Source of the DNA: Chiloscyllium plagiosum
Taxonomy: Eukaryota
Assembly: GCF_004010195.1 (NCBI RefSeq)
Contig: NC_057719.1
Span: forward strand, 40,405,323-40,469,322
DNA: 64,000 nucleotides
Direction of reading: 5' to 3'
Shown here one piece after another: positions 26,629 through 39,505 of the stretch. The notes beneath the pieces are model-generated. The model worked only from the letters and a program-made list of their open reading frames with translations. It ran no database searches and was not told where the DNA came from. The translations under genes were made by a program, and so were the position numbers. The first letter of the stretch is position 1, and every line of letters begins with the position of its first letter.

Positions 26629-27259
26629 CACTTTGCAAGCAGGGCCAGGCAACCAATTCATGGATTGGACCAGGCTGTAGCACTTGCACATTTCACACCT
26701 ACCTGGATAGTCCTACCATCATGTTGTGCTAGATAGAACGATCATATGACTTGGCTACTTAGCTTGCTGGTTAGCTGTCCTCAGTCAAGGTGTTTGCATC
26801 TTGCTGTATGGCAGTGCTGTTTGGCATCTGGAGCATGTAATTGCAGTTTGTATGGCAAACACACTACTTCTATTGGACTTTGGGACATGGCAGCCTGCTT
26901 AGTGCGGATGCAGGTCTCAGCAAAGTCTATGCAATGGCCTGTAATGGATTCCCATTACAGTAAGTCAATGGCATCCTCTGATTCCACTCCAGCAGATTGG
27001 CCGCAGACTGGCATCTGGTTGGAGTGTTATTGGTCAGGGAGTTGGTACTTCTGCAGTCTGGGAGTGGGTCAGTCAGTTCCAAGGCTCTATAGCAGTAAGA
27101 CTGTGGGATAGGGTTAATGTGGTCAAGGCAATGTACAGTCATCAGTCAGGGGTTTGGGCACTTGCTGTTTGCTTAGGTCGCTCATGGTGTCTATATCGCC
27201 TGTCTAGAGAGACTAAGGGGATGACGGGTGGGGGAGACAAGGCAGGCCCCATGGGAGAT

Positions 27260-29450
27260 TCATCCATGTCATGAGCTTCCAGGTGGAAGAATGCATGACC
27301 ACACCTGGTATGGTCTCCTCATGCCAGTAGCTGGGGGAAAATTGTGCAGTGTGGGCTCATGTGGAAGAGTTGGGTATGACCCTGGGGAAGTGTGAAGCCC
27401 ATTGCATTTATAAGAAGGGGACTTGGATTGTTGAGGGTTTAACGACACATAGAGGCTGACGTTTGGAAGCTGCTGGTCAAAAGTTGCTCATTGTCCCATT
27501 GCATCATGTTGGATATCAAAGATTGTACATTGGGGAAGCAAATGGCAGTGAACACATTCTGAATTGTTGGGGATACTTGACCTGTGTGTAATGGAGCTGT
27601 AAGGCCCACTGTAAAGAGAAGCAGTATTACACTGTATAGACCAGTGGTTTCCCTAATACATTGGCCTCCAATATGCTGTGCACCTTCCTGTCACAGATAT
27701 CACTGACTCATTCATACTATTTGGAGACAGGGAAGGAATAGGGATGGTCTAGGAAGAGGGCAGTGGTTTCTCTAAGACCCATTACCCTGTAAATACTGTG
27801 TTTCTCTTGTTCATCGATGCTGCAGCAGGCTGCCAACACAAATATCAATCTGTGTTACATCCTATGTGACCATAAAGTAATGCATGATGTTGGCACAGTT
27901 ACATTCAGGGCTGTGGAAAGACAAACAGCCAAATGTAAACCAGTGCTATTTTGAGACAAAACGTCAAATAATATGCAGTCCATGGTCATCCATGCAACCC
28001 AAGTGTCTTCTGCATGTTCTCTCTTTCTTCCTTCCCATTACAACTTAGCTACCTACTTCCTGATTCTACAACTGAGGTTGAGAGAGCTTGCTTAGCCGTT
28101 GAGTCTATTGGCTTAGGAGGTTTATGTCTGCTAGCCCAGACATGTCTAAGGCTGTCTTATCAGATAAGTTAGACTCTCCTCGGTGTGAACTTCTAAGAGT
28201 TGCAAGGGCACAGGCAAGATAAAGAACCCAATTACATAAAATGTGTCCTGAGTAGAGACTTCTGAGGGGCCTGTGTATGGTACCCTCTCTGGCTGATTGC
28301 TTCCTTTGCACTGCACTCCCTCCTTGTGAGGGAGGAGCACTTGAAGTGCTTGCCAGGACCCCCGCATTGACGCATATCTTTGGTCTTCAGAACCAATGTC
28401 TGGGGCAGGAAATCGCAAATGTGTGTGTACCTCTCCAGGAGATCTGGAGGTGCTGGATCTGGTTCTCCATGGCAGCTGCCAACCTGTTCCTGGAGGCAGT
28501 CGGGTATTGCATGACTGTATCACATATCTACGCTGCTGTGGCTTGAACAATGTGGGCCATTGTATTTCACATCCCTGCCTGGTCCTGTTCCTCCTTTTGC
28601 ATGTGGATAAGGTTCCTGATGGCTGATACTATGGGCTTCTCACCTACCTGGGACTGAGTAGTCCTCCAAATACCAGCGGCCTGGGACATTTCTTCCTTGG
28701 CCAGCTGCTGAGCTGTTGTAATGAGATTATGCACTCTGTTTGTAAAGCTGAAATTCCAACCAGTGTGTTGCTGTTTGGATGCCTTTGTATTACCACTGCA
28801 GTACCTGAGGTCGAAGAGGTAGCTTCTTTGGGATTGGGCCGTTTCACTACATTGGTGGTGGCGATGCTGGTGGTGTGTGCAATTCAAACAAAAGCATTGT
28901 AGCCAGTAGTTAGAAATGGTGTGCAATGAGTGACCCTATCGGTGGAGTTACTTTGGGATTTGCGGTCTCACGAAAGCCAGAGTTCTTTCCTTGTAGATGA
29001 TTAGTGAGCCTCAAGTTGGGCACCCCTTCTGGCTGTTTCTGCCCTGCTGTGGACTGTTTTCTCCAGTAATAAAAGAAAAGGAAGGATAGGTGAAATGAAA
29101 GTGGGTTAAACTGCTTTTAAATCTAGCACAAAGGTGAGGTATTTTGAGGGAATGAATATTCAGACAGAGGCCAGTCAGGATTTGTGGTGTGGGAGGTTAG
29201 CAATGTTGAGAGCAATTGAGGGAAGAAGTAAGGAATGGTAGGTATTTCAGAGACCGAATCTTGGGAGGTGTATGCAATAGCAGATAGAACCCTGGTACAC
29301 AGATGGCACTGACTTGGATGGTAACCTCAGACTAGATTGCCAGGTCTAGTGGCGTGGCTCTTACAGCAAGAGAGCCCCTCTCTTCTGCACTAACCACCTG
29401 TGCCTATCAGAGGATCATGGTGCCATCTTCCTGTTCTCAGAAAATGTTCT
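27260..29450 (-). mobile_element. Probable decayed PIF/Harbinger DNA transposon (Myb-like plus transposase remnants)
   Basis: Reverse strand: KMAP*SSD (~APRFSD) near 29430, EVTIQVSAICVP near 29330, FTAICFPNVQ near 27550, INAMGF near 27410, frameshifted PGS-HD near 27280. Confidence 0.4.
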
Positions 29451-29976
29451 TGACTGAGCAGGCCAGCTTAGAAATGCCAGGGCACATCTGGATGCATCAT
29501 GACCATTAAGATGGCAGAGGTGCAAGAGGTACTGGTCATTTAAATCGATATCCACTAGAGCGACAAGTTCTATGAACTGTGTGTGGTAAGATAGGGATAG
29601 AATCAGATGGATGCCATTGGGTCAGGTGTAAATAGTTACTGTATAGTGTGTGTTAACAAATGGCAAGAAACCTCACAAAGCCTTACAGCAAATTATACTC
29701 CAAAAGTCTTGTTGCAATAGCCAAAGTCATGTGAAATTTAGTTGCTGAGATAGGAAATTTTCAACATTGGTTGAGGCATCTCTGCTCATCTTGTTTGTGC
29801 TACCTGAAAAGCAGTTAGAAGCTCTAATTTCAACCCTGGCTCATTCTGTAGTACCTTACTATATCAGTAAACAAACAACAGTTTGTAGATCTTTTGTCGC
29901 ATTGTTGAAAATTTAGCTACACTTACATTATATTTTAATCTTTTTAATGGGTAAAATAGAGATCTCCCCATCACCT

Positions 29977-31737
29977 AGGCAAAAGTGAGTACTGCAGATA
30001 CTGGAGATTAGAGTCAAGAGTGTGCTACTGGAAAAGCACAGTAGGCTAGGCAGCATCCAAGGAGCAAGAAAATCGACGTGTTGGGCAAAAGCTTTTCATC
30101 AGGAATGAAGCTCCGGGATAGAGAGAGATAAATCGAAGGGTGGTGGGGCTGGGGAGAAGGTAGCTGACAGTGCAATAGGTGGACGGAGGTGGGGTAATGG
30201 TGATAGGACAGAGTGAAGGGTGGAGCGGCTAGGTGGGAAGGAAGATGGAAAGGTAGGATAGGTCATGAGGGTGGTGCCGAGTTGGAAGATTGGAACTCTG
30301 GTAAGGTGGGGAGCGGGGAAATGAGGAAACTGGTGAAATCAACATTGATGCCAGGGGGTCGGAAGGTCCCAAGGCAGAAGATGAAGCTTTCTTCCTCCAG
30401 GCATTGGGTGGTAAGGGAGTGGCAATGGAGGAGGCCCAGGACCTGCATGTAAGTAGACAATAGGTGCAGGAGTAGGCCAATCTGCCCTTCGAGCCAGCAC
30501 CACCATTCATTATGATCATGGCTGATCATCCTCAATCAGTGTCCTGTTCGTGCCTTGTCCCCATAACCTTTGATTCCGCTATTCTTATGCAACTCTTTCT
30601 TGAATGTATCCAGCGACTTGGCCTCAACAGCCTTCTGGGACAGAGCATTCCATACACCCACAACTCTCTGGATGAAGAAGTTTCTCCTCAACTCTGTTCT
30701 AAGTGGCCTACCCCTTATTTTTAAACTATGTCCTCTGGTTCGGGATTCACCCATCAGCGGAAACATGCTTCCTGTCTCCAGAGTGTCCAATCCTTTAATA
30801 ATCTTATGTCTCAATCAGATCCCCTGTCAGCCTTCTAAACTCAAGTGTATACAAGCCCAGTCGCTCTAATCTTTCAGCGTAAGGTAGTCCCTCCATTCCG
30901 GGAATTTACCTCATGTCCTTGGCTGGGTGGGTGGGGGAGTTGAAGTGTTCGACCACGGGGCGGTGGGGTTAATTGGTGCGGGTGTCCCGGAGATTTTCTT
31001 TGAAGCGCTCTGCAAGTAGGCACCCTGTCTCCCCAATGTAGAGGAGACCGCATCGGGAGCAACGGATACAATAAATGACGTGTGGAAGTGCAGGTGAAAC
31101 TTTGGATGTGGAAGGATCCTTTGGGGCCTTGGACGGAGGTGAGGGGGGAGGTGTGAGTGCAGGTTTTGCAATTCCTGCGGTGGCAGGGGAAGGTATTGGG
31201 TGGAGAAGGTGGATTGTTAGGGGGCGTGGACCTTACAAGTGCTCGCGGACGGAACGGTCTTTATGGAAAGCAAATAGGGGTGGGGAGGGAAATATATCTC
31301 TGGTGGTGGGGTCCGTTTGTAGGTGGTGGAAATGGCGGAGGATGATGCGATGTATCTGGATGTTGGTGGTTGGAAGGTGAGGACCGGGGCATTCTGTCCT
31401 TGTTGCGGTTGGGGGAGTAGGGTTCAAGGGCGGACTTGCGGGAAATAGATGAGATATGCTAGAGGGCATCATCAACCATGTGGGAGGGGAAATTGTGGTC
31501 TTTGTAGAAGAGGGCAATCTGGTGTGTTCTGTGTTGGAACTGGTCTTCCTGGGAGCAGATGCGAAGGAGGCGGAGGAATTGGGAATAAGGGATAACATTT
31601 TTGTAGGAGGCAGGGTGGGAAGAGGTGTAATCCAGGTAGCTGTGGGAGTTGTTGGGTTTGTAGAAAATGTCAGTGTTGAGTCGGTCACCGTTGATGGAGA
31701 TGGAGAGGCCCAGGAAGGGGCGAACAATATCAGATGG
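29977..31737 (-). mobile_element. 5'-truncated Penelope-like element (RT C-terminus, GIY-YIG, pLTR), interrupted by CR1
   Basis: PFLGLSISINGDRLNTDIFYKPNNSHSYLDYTSSHP...IPYSQFLRLLRICS; 14-bp TSD tctcc(c/a)atcacct-type with one mismatch at 29963-29976 and 31738-31751; hammerhead remnant ~30075-30102. Confidence 0.9.
30451..30911 (-). mobile_element. CR1 LINE 3' end nested in the Penelope element
   Basis: RRNFFIQRVVGVWNAL; catgt duplicated at 30446-30450 and 30912-30916. Confidence 0.88.
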
Positions 31738-31927
31738 TCTCCCAATCACCTGTCAACATATTGAGATTCTGCTGTTGCAAATTTCTGCAATAAGTATAAA
31801 CTAGCTATGAGTACTGAAACTTTATTAATTGCTTAATTCAAAAGTATGACTGTACCAAAATTAAGAACCTTTTTTAGAATGCATTCTTATCAATTAAAAA
31901 AAACTAAAAATGACGTTTTAATTGTAG

Positions 31928-32012
31928 GCTACATGTATATCCACTACATTCAAGTGTGACCTTAGAAGAACAAAGTAATGCGTTCCTGACCCCTGTGCCT
32001 GGCTATAGAAAG
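31928..32012 (+). CDS. TDRD9: TDRD9 exon (85 nt): (R)LHVYPLHSSVTLEEQSNAFLTPVPGYRK
   Basis: ttgtag| and |gtgaga, phase 2/0; PLHS motif. Confidence 0.95.
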
Positions 32013-32929
32013 GTGAGAGTATCATAGAAAGTGCTTGTAAAACACTCCATTTGAATAATTCTCCAGTGATACTTGACTTGCTTTTGTGACTCATTAGGAG
32101 TTTAGCAATCATCTTAAGCTTTTCTAATGCAATAGCAAGATGTGTTTTTTTTAGTTAAGTTTCTTCTGGTAAACATTGCAGTAATGTACTGAATTTTGAA
32201 TAAAAATAGCTTCTCATTGTTAAATAAGTCAACAGCAGTGGAGGTCCATAAATATGTTCAGTTCAGATAATGAACTGCTGGTCAATCTTGCTAAATGAAG
32301 GTACTTGTAGATCAATCACAAAATGTGGATAGACATCTTATTCTTAAGAGTGACATGAAAATGCATTTTCTGAAGTTCTGGTTTGCTTGAGGTGCACTGT
32401 GCACGTCATAGGAACAAATCCTGGTGAAATCTGAGGTGTGTTAGAACAGTTTGGAAACTATGACTCTGAATTGTGCCTAAACTGCTGTTCAGTCAGTCCT
32501 GCAGAAAGTAGGTCTTGCCGATATGGCAAGGGGAATGTACAGCAATTAGCAGAGTTGCTAATTTTCTTGCAATTTTTTACACCATTGAAATAAACCAAAA
32601 GATAGAAAGTTATTAACTGTTTTAAAACTGCTTCAGGTATTTTCCAGATGCATGTCATCACATACATCATGTAGATGTTGCCAGCTTTACTACTTTATAC
32701 ATGTATTGCAATATCCTGATATGTGGATTAAGTAGTTGGCCCCTTCGTCTGTGTGTTCACTGCATTAACTTCAGAGGTAATGGGTAGATTACAGAATCAT
32801 TGTAAGATTACCATGGGTCATTTGTAGAGAGGGTCTTGGAGTAGAGTCCTGAAAAATTCCTCTGTAGTGCTTGCTGAAATGGCAGACTTATTTGCTTTCA
32901 TTAGCTCTGGACCTGATTATTCCAGTCTG

Positions 32930-33370
32930 CTGCTAGGTTGCGTCCCATCTCCTACACCCATAAACTTCACCTTTGTGATAACTGACCTGCTTTGGGTTTC
33001 AGTTGAGTTATGCCTCAATTTTTAAAATTTCATCTTGTTTTCAAAGCCTCCCATAGGCTTTTCTTTCTTTATCTCTGTTACCTCCTCTGAGATAGCTGGG
33101 CTCCTCAGTTCTGGTCTTTTGCCTTCCTGATTTTAATGCAACACTGTTGGCAATGGTCAACATCAGTTTTCAAGGATGTATGCTCTGAATCTCTCTCTGT
33201 AAAACTTTCTCCATCCCTCCCCCTTTTTCTGCTTTCAGAAACCCCTTAAAACCGATACTTTGCCTTATGTTTTTGATCCTCTGCCCTGTTGTCTCCTGAT
33301 ACGTTTTGGTGTTGAATTTTATTTGGTAGTCCACTTTGTGCTTTGGGATGCTTTACTTCATTAAACATCA
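32930..33370 (+). mobile_element. L2-like LINE 3' remnant
   Basis: Decayed tttaaaatttcatcttgttttcaaagcc...ctctgaatctctct...cttaaaacc...ttgggatg pattern. Confidence 0.45.
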
Positions 33371-33592
33371 CAGCTATTGTTATTTTCTTCACAAGAATAG
33401 ACTCTGAGATGTATTGTGGATTTAAAATCAAATCATTGTTCTATTATGCATCAAATTTATTTTCTCATATAGTGCCTTTTTTGTGCTTGGTTATTTTATG
33501 TCTCAAGAATGGCATAGAAGTAAGGACTTTGTAATTTGTTCATTTTAATATTTCATATTAGTTGTTATTGATTCTGTTTCCCTTAAAAATAG

Positions 33593-33650
33593 ATTATTTT
33601 GTCAACAAATATCGCTGAGAGCTCTGTCACAGTTTCAGATGTTAAATATG
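33593..33650 (+). CDS. TDRD9: TDRD9 exon (58 nt): IILSTNIAESSVTVSDVKY(V), motif V
   Basis: aaatag| and |gtaagc, phase 0/1. Confidence 0.95.
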
Positions 33651-34559
33651 GTAAGCCTTTGTTATTTTGTCCTACTTAAGATAATATTCACTGTTTATAA
33701 CTAACCTATTACCATTTTGCTATTCAAGTTGCGTAATAAGCTTGTAAAATGACAATTGCAAGAATGCTTGTTTGAATTTGGAGAGCAGCTGGACAAAGTA
33801 AAGCAAGGAGATGGGTGAGTGAGGGGAATCTTCAAGGTGAAACTCTTGGAAAAATATCATCTTGTTTTCATATATCATTTAAGTAAAATTGACTGTTTTG
33901 GTTTAACTTTCAGTAACGAAAGTTAAAAAGGTAGCTAGATGATGGTGTTTTCTTCGGCTGTAGCAGAGCTGATCACCTGAGTCTCGGATAGTATAAATCC
34001 ATTAGTCTGCCACTTCCATAGAGTGGAGCTGGGAATTTGATTAGGTGAGATGAAAGGCAATGATCGGGAAAGATACTGATTGATGAGTAACTGGTAAGCT
34101 ATTCTGCTCACAACAAGTAATTAATCAAGTTCAGTTCCAGTTAGCCAGCTCATTTGAGTATAATTTGACTCCTGTGATATGTGGGAAGTAATGGACACCC
34201 CACATAACCTTACCAAACATATCAGCAGACATTTCTCCAGCTGTAAAAGATTGAGCTCTGGAGTTTGAAACTTGAGTAGCAACTAGAGTCACTTTGCTTT
34301 TGTGAAGCAAAGACTTAGACAGACAGCACTGCTAAGGAGGCGGTTTGGAGCTTGCAGAGAAAGTGGGAACAGGTGACAATTGGGTAGTCTGAGGGAATTA
34401 AGTAGCTAATACAGGAGTCCTTTGAGTTACTCGTGCATGCTAACTGGTTTTTCTTTTGGATACTGATGAAGATGGTGGTTCCGTACCAAGTCCGTGGCAG
34501 CAGAGGTGGCTTAGCTGAACAGAAAGGGAAAAAGAAGATTAGTGATGGGAAATTAATGT

Positions 34560-35830
34560 TAATTGTAGGGTCCTGGGGAATGTCGTCGAACAGATACCAA
34601 AGGGTGCAGGTGCATAGTTCCTTGAAAGTTGCATCACAGGTAGGCAGGCATTTGGCATGCTTGCCTACATCGCCCAGGCCCATTGAGTATAGGGATTGGA
34701 GGTCCTTAATTAGTGGTGTTCTGCATGGATCCATACTGGGACCTCTGCTGTTTGTGATGTATATAAATGACTTGGATGAAAATGTAGATTGGTGAGTTCG
34801 TAAGTTTGCAGATGACAAAGATTTGTGGAGTTATGGCTAGTATAGAAGGTTGTCAACGGATACAGCGGGACATAGATCAGTTGCAGATATGGCAGATGCA
34901 GTATAATGTGGGTAAATCTGAGGTGCTGCACTTTTCGAGATCAAATGTTAAAGGAAAGTACACAGTTGATGGCAGGACCCTGAACAGCTTTGTTGTGTAG
35001 AGGGATCTTTGGGTTCAAGTCCGTAACTCCCTGAACCTAGCCACACAAGTGGATAGGGTGGTAAAGCTGATGTATGGCATGCATGTCTTTATTGGTTCGG
35101 GAATTGAGTACAACAGTCAAGATATCATGTTGCAGCTTTAAGAACTTTTGGATGAGGCCAGACTGTTAGTATTGCATTCAAGTCTGGTTGCCACATTACA
35201 GGAAGGATGCGAGGTTTTGGAGAAGGTGCAGAAGAGGCTTATCAGGATGCTGCCTGGATTAGACAGTATGAACTATAAGGAGAGGCTGAAAAACTTGGGT
35301 GTTTTCTCTGGAGCAGCGATGGCTGAGAGGAGACTTGATAGAAGTCTATAAGATTTGAGGTGCAGAGATAGGGTTGACATTCAGGATCTTGTACGCCCCC
35401 CCACCCTCCAGAGTTGAAATGTCTAAAGCTAGGAGGCATGCATTAAGGTGAGAAGGGGGAAAGTACAAAGGGAATGTGAGGGAAAGTTTTTTTTTACACA
35501 GATTGGTCAGAGTGTGGAGTATGCTGCCGGGGTTGTGATGGAGGCACATACAAAAGAGTCATTGAAGGGGCTTTTACGTAAGCACATGAGTATGCAGGGA
35601 ATGGAGGGATATGGTCCAAGAAGAGGCAGAAGGAATTAGTTTAATTTGGCATCATGCTTGGCACAACAATGTGGGCCGAAGGGACAATTCCTATGCTGTT
35701 CAATTCTATATTCTATGTCATGTTGCGGTTGTGCAGGATGTTGGTGAATCCACTTTTGGCATACTGTAAAGTTCTGGTCACCATGCTATAGGAATGACAT
35801 TATTAATTGGAAAGGGTGCAGGAGAAATTT
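34560..35830 (+). mobile_element. CR1 LINE RT/3' fragments
   Basis: SGVLHGSILGPLLFVMYINDLD; LEKVQKRLIRMLPG. Confidence 0.85.
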
Positions 35831-35871
35831 AGTCAGTAGAGCTTACAGCACCGAAACAAACCCTTTGGTCA

Positions 35872-35947
35872 TATGAACCTTCCAGCTCAGCGAGCAAACC
35901 TACATCCAAAACTTCATCCTGAGCTACAGATCTTTCAAAACTTGCTG
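35872..35947 (+). mobile_element. 3' tail of second Penelope-like family, inserted in a minus-strand CR1 tail
   Basis: Matches 38490-38560 (atgaaccttcca...cagcgagcaa.cct...ctgagctaca). Confidence 0.7.
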
Positions 35948-37107
35948 ATCTAGTCCCGTTTCCTAGCATTTGGCCCATATTCCTCTAAATCCTTCCTATT
36001 CACTTACCCATCTAGATGCCTTTTAAATGTTGTAATGTTCTTTAGCCTGTTCCCCTCGATCCGACTCCCTTCTCTGGCTCTTTATCCCATTCCCTCAATT
36101 TGTCTCCCCTCTGGTTCTTTAACCTGTTTCCCTTGATAAGTCATCCCTCTCTGTGCACCCCACTCTCCTGCCACTGGGAAGATTTCCATCCTCACCTACT
36201 CGATTGAATCCCTATGTTGTGATTCTAAGCACCGCGATTCAATCCCACCTTTCCAAGAGAACGATCCTGGCTTCTCTCAGTCTCTCCCCTCAAACTAAAG
36301 GCTCGAATATCAGAGGGAGGGTGACCTCATTTGAACACTTGCCACTTCCTTTAAAATTTGTTCTGCTCCCATCTCAAAGGGGCACACGTTCAACAGAGTG
36401 AGCTAAACCGAGGCAAATGGCAACCGTGAATGAAATGCGACTGTAGGCAAACTGCCCCTTCCACATGTCCTGTGTCTCTTCTTTGAACTGCTGTCAACAC
36501 ACTCACATCCTCCCTTCAATAAAGAAGCCAATACCACACTATACTCCGCATATCATCTCAAGACAGTTTGGGGTATATTTATCATGCCAGATCTTGCCCC
36601 ACACAACTGACTGCTGCGTTTCCCAAGTCGTCATCAAAAAACAGTTCTGATGCCTGCTACATACTTCCAGGTGTACTAGGCATTAATATCTCGTCAATTA
36701 CATTGTAATTATGTGAAGATTAATGATCGATATTAATTGTCCTTGAGCACATGTGAACAAAGGAAGGCTGGGAGACTGGGGCTGTTGGATGTGAGCTGCA
36801 AGACTGAGGAAATCAGTGAACTTTCACCACAAAGAGAGTGTGTGTCAAAGCGGAGGAGATCGAGCCCTTGTAGGAAGTGCAGTCTCACCATGGCCAAGCA
36901 CTTAAAGACTGAATACCAAGAGGGACTGTAATGTTTAACTTTTAACTTTGTTCCTTATTCCTTTTGTTCTTAAGTTTTTGTACCCAGTTACTTGTACCTA
37001 AGGCAGCACTATGCGTGGCTTTTCACTGTACTCCTGTAAACTTGAGTATGTGACATTAAATTCTAAATCAAAATTAAACTGTACTCATAAAATCCATTGA
37101 ACCCCAA

Positions 37108-37430
37108 CAGTGTGGAAGCAGGCCGTTCAGTCCATTGAGTCCATACCAACCTCCGAAGAGCATCCCACCCAAACCCATCCCCCCTGCCCTGTCCCTGCCT
37201 TTCCCATGCATAACCGACCTAGCCTGCACATCCTTGGACGTTATGGGCTATTTAACATGACCAATCCACGTAATCTGCACATCTTTGGGCTGTGGAAGGA
37301 TACTGGAGGAAACGCACGCAGACGCAGGGAGAGTATGTAGGCTCTACACAGACAGCTACCCGAGGCTGCAATCAAATCCAGGTCCCTGGCACTGTGCTGC
37401 AGCAGTGCTAACCACTGAGATGCTGTGCCA
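37108..37430 (-). mobile_element. tRNA-derived V-SINE (HE1-like)
   Basis: Reverse complement: ctcagtggttagcactgctg (A box), decayed B box, ctgtgtagag...tctccctgcgtctgcgtgcgtttcctcc V-domain and CR1-type tail. Confidence 0.8.
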
Positions 37431-38164
37431 GCCCTTTGTTTTTAGCTAGGATTCTATTAATTCAGGTTGGTAGTGGATTGCAAGGAAAGCAATTTGTGGA
37501 ATGTCTGAGATTTTTTTTGTTTTTGGAGCAGCTAGTGGTGAAGCCCCTAGGCAACAGGCAATACTGGATTTTGTGTTATTCGATGAGGCAGACTTGATGA
37601 GGGAGTTTAAAGTGAAGGAACCCTTAGGAGAAATGATCATAACATGATTGAATTTACTCTGTAATTTGAGAGGGAGAAGATAAGATCAGAGGTAACAGTA
37701 TTACAGTTGAATAAAGGCAACTACAGAGGCATTAGGGAAGGGCTGAGTAAAATTAACTTGGAGAGGAGCCTAGCAGGAAAGACAGTGGAACAGCAATGGC
37801 AGAAGTTTCTGGGAGTAATTCAGGAGACACAGCAGAGATTCAGCCCGAGGAAAAAGTAGTATGGTATAGGGAGGATGAGGCAACCATGGCTGACTAGGGA
37901 AGGCTGGGATAGCATAAAAGCAAAAGAGAAAGAATGTAATGTGGCAAAGGGCAGTGGGATGCCAGCTTGGAAGCTTGCAAAGACCAACAAGAGGATAACA
38001 AAAAAAAAGATAAGTAGAGAAAGGATTAAATTTGCTGGTAAGCTAGACGATAATGTAAAGGAAGACTGATTGAGTTTCTTCAGATCTGTAAAGGGCAAAA
38101 GAGGCAAAAGTGGACATTGGGCCCTGGGAAATGATGCTGGAAATATAGTAGTCTTTTTGTGGAA

Positions 38165-38562
38165 AGCCATGACCCTCTCACTAGTATCCACACATACAGA
38201 TGAGGAAGGACACCACTTCGACTGGGACAACACATCCATCCTAGGACAAGCCAAACAAAGACATGCACGAGAATTCCGAGAAGCATGCATTCCAACCGGA
38301 ACTCTATCAACAAACACATTGAGTTGGACCCCAACTACCACCCCCTGAGAAAAGGAACAGGAAGTGTCTTCACCACAGGAAATGACATCACCAACCCAAA
38401 CGTATAAATAGAAAGCAGGAATTTTCAGCATTGCTTCGCCTGAGGCCCACTGAAGATGTTACCTTGTAGGGTAACAAAACGTCTGGAAATGAACCTTCCA
38501 ATTCAGCGAGCAAGCCTATATCCAAAACCTCCACCTGAGCTACAAGTCTGCTCAAACCTTGA
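38165..38562 (+). mobile_element. Penelope/Poseidon-type 3' end (GIY-YIG C-terminus plus pLTR)
   Basis: SLVSTHTDEEGHHFDWDNTSILGQAKQRHAREF...SINKHIELDPNY. Confidence 0.82.
38447..38486 (+). ncRNA. Minimal hammerhead motif, second family (G12>A)
   Basis: CCA-CTGAAGA-T-GTTACC(ttgtag)GGTAAC-aAAAC-GTC-TGG. Confidence 0.68.
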
Positions 38563-38962
38563 CAAGGCTCAGTGTTGGGACCAAAACTTATCATTTTATA
38601 CATTAAGGATCCAGCTGAAGGAACTGAGGGCTTTTTGGCTAAATTTGCAGATGATACAAGATTGATAGTGGGGGACAGATAGCATCGAGGAAACGGGGAG
38701 GCTGCGGAAAGATTTGGACAGGTTAGGAGAGTGGAAATGGCAGATGGAGTACAATGTGAGAAAAGTCTGAGGTCATGCGCTTTGGTAGGAAGAATAGAGG
38801 CATGGACTATTTTCTAAATGGGGAGAAAATTCAGAAGTTTGAAGTGCAAAGAGACTAGTCCTGGATTCAGATAAAATCCAAGTCAGGGATGCAATATGAA
38901 TCGATCAGTAAGAGCTGGAAGAATTTGTCTTTGGGCAGTACTATTCACAACCACCTTGAATT

Positions 38963-39505
38963 AGACCGTAAGACATAGGAGCAGAAGTTAGGCCATTCAG
39001 ACCATTGGGTCTGCTCTGCCATTCAATCATGGCTAATACGTTTCTCAATCCCATTCTCCCATTTTTTTACCCCATAATCCTTGATCCCCATCATACTCAA
39101 GAACCTATCTCAGTCTTAAATATACTCAATGACCTGGCCTCCACAGCCTTCTGTGGCAATAAATTCCATAGAGCATCACACTCTGGTTAAAGAAGTTTCA
39201 ACCTTATCGCCATTGAGAAAGGTCCTGGCTTTACTTTAAGGTAGTGTCCTCAGGTCCTAGTCACTCCTACCAATGAAATATCTTCCTAACATCCATTCTG
39301 TCCAGGCCAGTCAATATTTTGTATGCTTCAGTTAGAACACCCTCTCATTTATGAGGCCCAAAACTGCACACAATACTCAAAATGTGATCTGACAAAAGCA
39401 CATCCCTGCTTTTGTATTCAAGTCCTTTCAAAATAACATCACTGCATTTGTCTTCCTAACTACTGACTCAATCTGCAAGTTTACCTTGAGAGAATCCTGG
39501 ACTAG
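38963..39505 (-). mobile_element. CR1 LINE 3' portion (inverted relative to 37450-38868)
   Basis: Tail gaccgtaagacataggagcag; continues the CR1 sequence that stops at 38868. Confidence 0.8.

Larger units (their letters stand above)
37450..38868 (+). mobile_element. CR1 LINE ORF2 fragments, interrupted by a Penelope insert
   Basis: EN-linker (QPWLTRE...) and aaatttgcagatgatacaa (FADDT). Confidence 0.8.

Noticed and set aside
37340..37430. tRNA gene (also 48140-48215 and 63260-63335)
   Set aside because: Decayed A/B boxes attached to SINE bodies; no full cloverleaf
37820..38431. 203-aa minus-strand ORF (longest in the track)
   Set aside because: Antisense read-through of CR1 and Penelope fragments; no independent coding signal
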